Below are positions 1 through 6,891 of a stretch of DNA of 64,000 bases, piece by piece. A program made the position numbers and the translations under genes. The stretch is from an uncultured Chloroflexia bacterium (GTDB lineage: Bacteria; Chloroflexota; Limnocylindria; Limnocylindrales; CSP1-4), in assembly GCA_963705215.1 (NCBI GenBank), contig CAVPJI010000010.1:104564-168563 (forward strand), read 5' to 3'. Position 1 is the first letter of the stretch, and each line of letters opens with the position of its first letter. The notes under the pieces were generated by a model. That model was not told the DNA's origin. It made no database searches and saw only the letters and a program-made list of their open reading frames with translations.

Positions 1-996
1 CGGGCGATGATGCGGGCCTCGGCGCCGGCGAGGGCGCGACCCTCGTCGTCACCCGCGACGTGCGCACGTTCGCCGAGGCGGACCTGCCCGCCGGCGAGGT
101 GGAGGTCCGCGTCGGCTGGTCCAGCGTCAACTACAAGGACGGGCTCGCGACCATCCTGAACGGCAAGGTCGCCCGCATCAGCCCGCTCATCCCGGGGATC
201 GACCTCGCCGGCGAGGTGGTCGCGAGCGACGACCCGACGATCCCAGTGGGCGCGCATGTCCTCGCTCACGGCCACGACCTGGGCGTCGCCCGCCACGGCG
301 GCTATGCCGAGTACCAGCGCGTGCCGGCCGGCTGGATCGTGCCGATGCCGGGGGGCCTCACCCCGCGGTTCGCGATGGCGGTCGGGACGGCCGGCTTCAC
401 CGCGGCGCTCTCCGTGGTCCGCATGGAGGAACGGGGCCTCGAGGCCATCGAACGGGCCGGTCCTCGTGACCGGCGCGAGCGGCGGCGTCGGGTCGAACGC
501 GGTCGGGATCCTCGCTGGCCGCGGCTACGAGGTCTGGGCCGCGACGGGCAAGGCCGACGAGGCGGACCGCCTCCGGGGCATCGGCGCCGCCGGCATCCTG
601 GCGCGCGACGACGTCACCGCCGGGAGCGCCCGCCCGCTCGAGTCGGAGCGCTGGGCCGGCGCCGTCGACTGCGTCGGCGGGTCCACCCTCCCCTACATCC
701 TGCGCACGCTCCGCCGCGGCGGCACCGTGGCCGCGTCCGGCAACACCGGCGGCCCCGCCTTCGCGACCACCGTCTTCCCGTTCATCCTTCGCTCGGTCGC
801 GCTCGTCGGCATCGACTCGGCGGTTGTGCCGATCGCGGAGCGTCGCGCCGTCTGGGAGCGGATCGCCACCGACCTGCGCCCGCGCGGCCTCGGCGACGCG
901 CTCACCGAGGTGACGCTCGACACGCTCCCCGGCGCGCTCGACGCCATCCTCGCGGGCCGGGCCCGCGGCCGGTGGATCGTGCGCATCGGCGGCTGA
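1..996 (+). pseudogene. YhdH/AcuI-like NADPH-dependent oxidoreductase (MDR superfamily), 5' end outside window. The reading frame breaks near 455-470: the N-terminal part is in the frame of ORF 60..1523, the C-terminal part in the frame of ORF 256..996.
   Basis: The N-terminal part (…VEVRVGWSSVNYKDGLA…PLIPGIDLAGEVV…) and the C-terminal part (GPVLVTGASGGVGS…VAASGNTGG…RGRWIVRIGG) together match the YhdH/acrylyl-CoA reductase family. They sit in two different frames that join around a GGGCCGG run (…IERAGP | NGPVLVTG…). Confidence 0.7.
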
Positions 997-1119
997 GCTC
1001 GACGGCGGGATCGGTGCGGCTCGCGCCCCGGCGCGCGTGTCGGCCGTGTTGCGGCTCAGCTACCGCTATGCCTGCTGCCGACCGCCGTGCCTGCCGCCGC
1101 GCCCGCCGATCCGTCCCCC

Positions 1120-1345
1120 GCCGCGGACGCGCTTGCGTTGAACGCACAACCGCGCACCCCGCGGACCGGCCAGCGGTCTCGACGGCAGGATCCTTGCGTT
1201 GGACGGCGGCTTCCCTTCTCAGCCAGCTTTTCGACGAGGACCGCGACCCGCCGGATGACGGATCCATGCGTCTGACCCGCGAGAACCTGCAGACGACCAT
1301 CGATCAACCAGGGCGTGCTGCGCGGTTGTGCGTTGCACGCAAGGC
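1120..1345. repeat. Divergent copy of the dispersed repeat family (see 9107..9395). It carries the terminal palindromes TTGCGTTGAACGCA and TGCGTTGCACGCAA and the internal GGCAGGATCCTTGCG and CTGACCCGCGAGAACCTGC blocks.
   Basis: Direct comparison with the copies at 9107..9395 and 10250..10541. The ends and two internal blocks are conserved, the rest is diverged. It lies in the convergent yhdH/vapC intergenic region. Confidence 0.5.
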
Positions 1346-1559
1346 CCAACCTGGCTCTCGACCTTCGGCCCGCAGCCACGGCGGTCACCGTGGCGCGGCG
1401 TCACCGGGCCCGCACCTCGACCGTGAGCATCGATCCGTCATCACCGTGAGCTGGCTTCAGCTCGAAGCACTCCTCGGCGGTGCGAGAGCGCGGGGTCTCC
1501 CCGATGAGGCGGGTCCAACTTGAGGATGGCCGTGGCCCATTGATCCTGCCTCTGCTCCA

Positions 1560-2006
1560 TCAAGCGACCAGGTCGGCCAGCTGGACGACGTCAAGTCGAG
1601 GGATTGCCCGCAGGCGGCGATCGTTCGTGACGAAGACTGACGCATTTGCCGAGACTGCAGTCGCCAGGTGAATCGCGTCCGGCAGGGAGTGCCCGCGCCG
1701 ACCGCGCATGAGGCCTGCATCGATCGCAATCTCCGCCGTCAGCGGGACCACGTCGAGCCGCGAAATCGATTGAATGGCGTCCGCATACCGCTCGGCCATG
1801 ACCGCGTCGTCTATCGCCGCCGGGTAGACGGAGACTTCGGCCAGCGCCAGCGATGCGACGACAAGTGAGGCGCCGGCTGCTTCCGCGGCATCGAGCAGGC
1901 GTTGAACGGCCTTCGCTTCCGGTCCGCCGGTCTCGAACAGGTAGATAAGGAGGTTCGAATCGAGTGCCAGCCGGCGGTTGCCGCGGCACAGCTCGTCGGC
2001 TGTCAC
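1560..2006 (-). CDS. vapC: PIN-domain ribonuclease toxin VapC (about 148 aa; GTG start overlapping the vapB stop as GTGA).
   Basis: LALDSNLLIYLFE…D…D residues typical of PIN/VapC. The 4-nt GTGA overlap with the upstream antitoxin ORF is the classic VapBC arrangement. Confidence 0.75.
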   Translation of the reverse strand: MTADELCRGNRRLALDSNLLIYLFETGGPEAKAVQRLLDAAEAAGASLVVASLALAEVSVYPAAIDDAVMAERYADAIQSISRLDVVPLTAEIAIDAGLMRGRRGHSLPDAIHLATAVSANASVFVTNDRRLRAIPRLDVVQLADLVA

Positions 2007-2352
2007 TGCAACGGCTCCGGCTCCTCGCGAGCCGCGCGCGATGCGGAAGACAAACGGGTCGCGTACTCGGCCTCGGCAGCCCGGATATCCGCGTCGATCT
2101 GTGCTCGCCGTTCGATGTCGCGGGCCTCCCATTCGTCACGCAGCGCCCGAATGCGCTCTGCAGGATCCGTTCCGTCGTAGATGTGGGCGCCGATCCCGAG
2201 GAGGCGCGTCCCGGCCGGCACGTGGCGACGAAGGTGGATGACATCGCCCTCGATCTCGACATCGAGCCGGTCGCCGGCCTTGAGGCCGAGCTTCTTGCGG
2301 GCTTCGCTTGGTACCGCGATCTGGTGCTTGGTGCTGATCTTGACGCTAAGCA
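2003..2352 (-). CDS. vapB: AbrB/MazE/SpoVT-type antitoxin VapB (about 116 aa).
   Basis: MLSVKISTKHQIAVPSEARKKLGLKAGDRLDVEIEGDVIHL is a swapped-hairpin AbrB/MazE DNA-binding fold. ATG found at 2350-2352 (revcomp). It sits immediately upstream of, and overlapping, the PIN gene. Confidence 0.75.
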
Positions 2353-2389
2353 TACAGCGGATGATAGGCGTCTTGTGCTCGGGTAGCAA

Positions 2390-3445
2390 GTGGTGTCGGG
2401 AAGGCATCGTGCGCCTGACGGCGAGGGGCCGGAGAGCCGCGCGCCGGAGAGCCGTGCCGGGACCGCGTACGCTGCGGCCGTGGAACCCTTGGAGCGCCGA
2501 TTCGCCCCCGTTGAGCCCGTCGACCTGCGCCTGACGCTGGCCATCCACCGGCACGGACCCGGCGACCCCACGATGCGCTTCTCCCGCGACGGGTCGACCT
2601 GGCGAGCCTCGCGCACGCCCGAGGGGCCGGCAACACTGCGGCTGATGGCAGATGCCGACGGGATCCGGGCGCAGGCGTGGGGGCCGGGCGCCGGCTGGGC
2701 GATCGAGCAGGCACACGAGCTGGTCGGCGCCGACGACGACCCCGGCGAGTTCGCGGCCCTGGTGGCCGCCGCCCGGTCTCCGCTGCTCGCTACCTTGTTA
2801 GCACGCTACCGCGCTATCCGGGTGGGACGAACTGGACGCGTCCTGGAGGCGCTCGTCCCGGCGATCATCGAGCAGAAGGTCACCGGCGACGAGGCACGCA
2901 GCGCGTTCATGGCCCTGGTCCGGCGCCACGGCGAGCCGGCGCCGGGGCCGTGGGAGACCGCGGGAGCGGCCGCAGGGCGGGATGAGGGACGCCCCGCCCC
3001 GATGCGGGTGATCCCGGCGCCGGAGCTGCTCGCCGGCCTGCCCGGGTACGCCTACCACCCGCTCGGGCTCGAGCGTCGGCGGGCCGACGCGATCCGCTTC
3101 GCGGCGTCGAGGGCGACGCGCGTCGAGGAGTGCGCCGCCATGTCCCTCCCCGACGCCTACGCTCGTCTCCGTGCCCTGCCGCTGGTCGGACCCTGGACGG
3201 CGGCCGAGGTGGGCCTGCGGGCGCTCGGCGACGCGGACGCGGTGAGCGTGGGCGACTTCCACCTCGGCCCGGCGGTCTGCTGGGCGCTCGCGCACGAGGA
3301 GCGCGGAACCGATGAGCGGATGCTGGAGCTCCTCGCCCCGTTCGCCGGGCATCGGGCGCGGGTGATCCGGCTCATCGAGGCTGCAGGGATCCATGCCCCG
3401 CGCCGCGGTCCCCGGATGGCGCCGCGCTCGATCGCGGGGATCTGA
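2390..3445 (+). CDS. AlkA-like DNA-3-methyladenine glycosylase, HhH-GPD superfamily. The true start may lie downstream of 2390.
   Basis: The central and C-terminal part (LVPAIIEQKVTGDEARSAFMALVRRHG…LPLVGPWTAAEVGLRALGDADAVSVGDFHL) fits the HhH-GPD base-excision fold with the catalytic Asp region. Confidence 0.55.
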   Translation: MVSGRHRAPDGEGPESRAPESRAGTAYAAAVEPLERRFAPVEPVDLRLTLAIHRHGPGDPTMRFSRDGSTWRASRTPEGPATLRLMADADGIRAQAWGPGAGWAIEQAHELVGADDDPGEFAALVAAARSPLLATLLARYRAIRVGRTGRVLEALVPAIIEQKVTGDEARSAFMALVRRHGEPAPGPWETAGAAAGRDEGRPAPMRVIPAPELLAGLPGYAYHPLGLERRRADAIRFAASRATRVEECAAMSLPDAYARLRALPLVGPWTAAEVGLRALGDADAVSVGDFHLGPAVCWALAHEERGTDERMLELLAPFAGHRARVIRLIEAAGIHAPRRGPRMAPRSIAGI

Positions 3446-3498
3446 GGGCGGGGCGGGGCCGACCTGCTGACGCGCGGCCGGCCGTCCGGCCGTGGCAC

Positions 3499-4104
3499 AT
3501 GGGCCGCTCGGCCGTTGGCGGCGCGCCGGCCGCCGAGGACGATGGCGCCATGAGGTGCACCCAGTGCCCAGCCTGGCGAGGCGCCGGCGGCGGCGCCATT
3601 CTGCTTGTCGGCCTGTTGGCGGCCGAGTCCCTGGTCGCCGGTTGCGGTGGATCGCCGGCGCCGGCATCGACCCCGCCGCCAGTGGCCTCGCCCGGTGCGG
3701 CCGAGGTCCGGGCCTACTTCGTTCCCGGGGGCGCGGATCCGTGCGGCACGGTTGTGCCGGTCGTGCGAAAGGTCGCGGGCCCCGTGACCGCCGAGATCGT
3801 CCTGCGCGAGCTCCTGGCCGGACCGACCGCCGACGAGGCCGCCGCCGGCTTCGCCAGCATCTTCGGGCCGGCGACCGCCGATGCGCTCATCGAGATGATC
3901 ATCGTGGACGGGATCGCGCGCGTCTCGTTCCGCGACCTGCGACGGGTCATCCCGAACGCGTCCTCGTCGTGTGGCAGCGCTGCGCTCCTGGGTGCCCTCG
4001 ACGCGACCCTTGCCCAGGTCCCGGGGATCCGCGCTGCCCGCTACTCGTTCGGCGGCGACGAGGCCGCGTTCTACGAGTGGCTCCAGATGTCGCCGCCGGA
4101 CTGA
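3499..4104 (+). CDS. GerMN-domain lipoprotein (alternative start at 3547, MRCTQ…).
   Basis: Lipobox LVAGCGGS after a hydrophobic segment. The LRELLAGPTADEAAAGFASIF…IVDGIARVSF segment looks GerMN-like. Confidence 0.5.
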   Translation: MGRSAVGGAPAAEDDGAMRCTQCPAWRGAGGGAILLVGLLAAESLVAGCGGSPAPASTPPPVASPGAAEVRAYFVPGGADPCGTVVPVVRKVAGPVTAEIVLRELLAGPTADEAAAGFASIFGPATADALIEMIIVDGIARVSFRDLRRVIPNASSSCGSAALLGALDATLAQVPGIRAARYSFGGDEAAFYEWLQMSPPD

Positions 4105-4221
4105 TCCAGCCCGCGTTCCGCGGGCCGCTCCGCCCGCCGGGCCGTGGCCTGCCGTTGTCTATCATTACCGTCGCTGCCTCGGTGACGTCCTTTCCGCGGC
4201 GCAGCAGATCAGTCTCGTGTT

Positions 4222-4238
4222 AGAGAGAGAGAGAGAGA
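4222..4238. repeat. (GA)8 dinucleotide microsatellite forming the purine tract (AGAGAGAGAGAGAGAGA) immediately 5' of the tupA ATG.
   Basis: Seen directly: …gttagagagagagagagagaATGacg. A purine-only run is very unusual in this ~70% GC sequence. Confidence 0.8.
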
Positions 4239-5174
4239 ATGACGACCCATGCGGGCGCCTCGCGGCGCGCCCTCCCCATGATCGGAGCGGTGATCGTGGC
4301 GGCAGCCCTCGCCGGCTGTTCCGGCGGCGCGTCGCCCAGCCCGGCCGCCCCGTCGGCTTCGACCGCCGCATCGCCGGAGGCGACCGCCATGGCAACACCG
4401 GCCGGATCGAAGGACCTCATCCTGGCGACGACCACGTCCACCCAGGACTCCGGCCTCCTGGACGTGCTCGTCCCCGCCTTCGAGGAGGCCTCGGGCTACA
4501 GCGTGAAGACGGTGGCCGTTGGCAGCGGGCAGGCCATCGAGATGGGCGAACAAGGCAACGCCGACGTCCTGCTGGTCCACTCCCCCGCCGCGGAGAAGGA
4601 GCTGGTGGCCGCGGGATACGGCATCGACCGCCGGCTCGTCATGCACAACTCCTACCTCGTCGTCGGCCCGTCGGCAGACCCGGCCAAGATCAAGGGCATG
4701 ACGTCCACGGTGGACGCGTTCAAGGCGATCGCCGGGACGGAGTCGACCTTCGTCTCGCGCGGGGACGAGTCGGGCACCCACACCAAGGAGCTCGGCTACT
4801 GGAAGAAGGCCGAGATCACGCCGGAGGGCGCCTGGTACATCGAGACGGGCCAGGGGATGGCCGCGACGCTGCGGGTGGCCTCGGAGAAGGCGGGCTACAC
4901 GCTGACCGACATCGCCACCTGGCTCGCCACGCAGGAGCAGCTCGACCTCGAGAGCCTCGTGACGGACGATCCGTCGCTGCTCAACCCGTACCACGTCATC
5001 CAGGTGAACCCCGAGAAGTTCCCGAAGGTGAACGCGGCGGGCGGCAACGCCTTCGCCGATTTCCTGCTCTCCCCGGAGGCGCAGGCGATGATCGGGGAGT
5101 TCGGCGTGGACGAGTTCGGGCAGCAGCTCTTCATCCCCGACGGTGGGAAGACCGACGCCGATCTCGGTCTCTGA
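4239..5174 (+). CDS. tupA: Tungstate ABC transporter substrate-binding lipoprotein TupA.
   Basis: Lipobox LAGCSGG. The TupA signature TTTS (ILATTTSTQDSGLLD) is present. It is followed by the permease and ATPase genes. Confidence 0.85.
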   Translation: MTTHAGASRRALPMIGAVIVAAALAGCSGGASPSPAAPSASTAASPEATAMATPAGSKDLILATTTSTQDSGLLDVLVPAFEEASGYSVKTVAVGSGQAIEMGEQGNADVLLVHSPAAEKELVAAGYGIDRRLVMHNSYLVVGPSADPAKIKGMTSTVDAFKAIAGTESTFVSRGDESGTHTKELGYWKKAEITPEGAWYIETGQGMAATLRVASEKAGYTLTDIATWLATQEQLDLESLVTDDPSLLNPYHVIQVNPEKFPKVNAAGGNAFADFLLSPEAQAMIGEFGVDEFGQQLFIPDGGKTDADLGL

Positions 5175-5254
5175 CCGTCGGACGGTGACACGGACGGCGT
5201 GAGGGGCGCGCCCGCGGTGGAGCCCGGCTCCGCGCGACGAGGAGCACGATCGAG

Positions 5255-5914
5255 GTGAGTGGCGACCCGGTTGCCTACATCGTCGAGATCACCCTGCTCT
5301 CGCTCGCGGTCTCGGGCGCGGCGACCGCCATCAGCGTGCTGATCGGGCTGCCCATCGGGACGTGGCTGGCGCTGTCCCGGATGCGGTCGCGCGGCGTGGC
5401 CCTCAGCGTCGTCAACACCGGGATGGCGCTGCCGCCCGTGGTCGTCGGCCTCGTCGTCGCCCTGCTCCTCTGGCGGAGCGGCATCCTCGGGGGCCTCGGC
5501 CTCATGTACACGCCGGGGGCGATGGTGATCGCGGAGGTCATCATCGCGGCACCGGTCATGGCCGGGCTCACGGCGGCGGGCCTGGGCCAGCTGGACCCGC
5601 GGCTCCAGCTCCAGCTCCAGGGCCTAGGCGCGTCGCGCTGGCAGACGACCTGGTGGCTCTGGCGCGAGGCGCGCCTGCCACTCCTGGCGGCGCTCATGGC
5701 GGCCTTCGGCAGCGTCATCTCCGAGGTGGGGGCGGCGATGATGGTCGGCGGGAACATCGCCCACCAGACCCGCGTGCTCACGACCTCGATCGTCCTCGAG
5801 ACCGGGCGCGGCGAGTTCGGGAACGCGATCGTCCTCGGGCTCGTGCTGCTCACCCTCGCCTTCATCGTGAACGGTGTCCTGACCTGGGCCCAGCAGCGCG
5901 GGCCACGTCGCTGA
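5255..5914 (+). CDS. tupB: Tungstate ABC transporter permease TupB.
   Basis: About six TM segments and a conserved ABC permease EAA-like loop. Its stop overlaps the tupC start (ATGA). Confidence 0.85.
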   Translation: MSGDPVAYIVEITLLSLAVSGAATAISVLIGLPIGTWLALSRMRSRGVALSVVNTGMALPPVVVGLVVALLLWRSGILGGLGLMYTPGAMVIAEVIIAAPVMAGLTAAGLGQLDPRLQLQLQGLGASRWQTTWWLWREARLPLLAALMAAFGSVISEVGAAMMVGGNIAHQTRVLTTSIVLETGRGEFGNAIVLGLVLLTLAFIVNGVLTWAQQRGPRR

Positions 5915-6891
5915 TGGCCGCGGTCCGGCGCATCGAACCCCGCGACCCACCCCGGCCCGGGGAGCCGTTCCTCGAGGTCCGGGGTCTTGAGGTCGTGCGC
6001 GCGCAGCGGCGCATCCTCGCCGTCGACGAGCTCACGATCCGGGCGGGCGAGACGCTCGCGATCGTCGGTCCCAACGGCGCCGGCAAGAGCACGCTGCTCC
6101 TTGCTCTGGCCGGCCTCCTGCGCCCGGATCGGGGCTCGATCGTCGTCGAGGGCGTGCCCGTGGTCCCCGACCGGGACCTGACCTACCGACGACGGATCGG
6201 GCTGGTGCTGCCCGCGCCGCTGCTGCTGTCGACGTCGGTCTACGGGAACGTCGCCGCTGGCCTGCGCTTCCGGGGCGTCGACGCAGCGGAGACCCACGAG
6301 CGGGTCGAACACTGGCTGGAGCGGCTGGCGATCTCCCACCTGTGGGACCGTCCGGCCAGCCAGCTCTCGAGCGGCGAGGCGCAGCGGACGAGCCTCGCCC
6401 GCGCCCTGGTGCTGGATCCGGAGCTGCTCCTGCTGGACGAGCCGTTCGTGGCGCTCGACAGCAGGACGCGCGCGCAGCTCCTCGATGACTTCGAGCGGCT
6501 CCGGGCCGAGGCCCCGACGACGCTGGTGCTCGTGACGCACCACCTGCACGAGGCCGTCCGGCTGGGCGACCGCCTGGCCGTCCTGCTCGACGGGCGCATC
6601 CGCCAGTGCGACGTCCCGGAGCGGGTGATGGGGTCGCCGGTCGACGCGGACGTGGCCGCGCTCGTGCAGACCGAAGCGCGGATCCGGGGGCACGTGGTCG
6701 CGTCGGAGGACGGGCTGGTGGTCGTGGACACGGGAGCCGGGTCGAGACGGGACGTGGAAGGCCGTGCCCGGCGCCTCCTGGACGCGACGCACGCGACCGG
6801 ACCTGCGGCACGCGACGGCGCCAGCGGGGCGCATGATGCGAGCAGCGGAGCGGACGTACGCGCCGCGGCGGGCGGCCCTGGAGGTTCGTGA
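5914..6891 (+). CDS. tupC: Tungstate ABC transporter ATP-binding protein TupC.
   Basis: Walker A GPNGAGKST, signature LSSGEAQR, Walker B LLLLDEP, H-loop. The real protein starts at MAAVRRIEP inside ORF 5362..6891. Its stop overlaps the AOR start. Confidence 0.8.
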   Translation: MAAVRRIEPRDPPRPGEPFLEVRGLEVVRAQRRILAVDELTIRAGETLAIVGPNGAGKSTLLLALAGLLRPDRGSIVVEGVPVVPDRDLTYRRRIGLVLPAPLLLSTSVYGNVAAGLRFRGVDAAETHERVEHWLERLAISHLWDRPASQLSSGEAQRTSLARALVLDPELLLLDEPFVALDSRTRAQLLDDFERLRAEAPTTLVLVTHHLHEAVRLGDRLAVLLDGRIRQCDVPERVMGSPVDADVAALVQTEARIRGHVVASEDGLVVVDTGAGSRRDVEGRARRLLDATHATGPAARDGASGAHDASSGADVRAAAGGPGGS

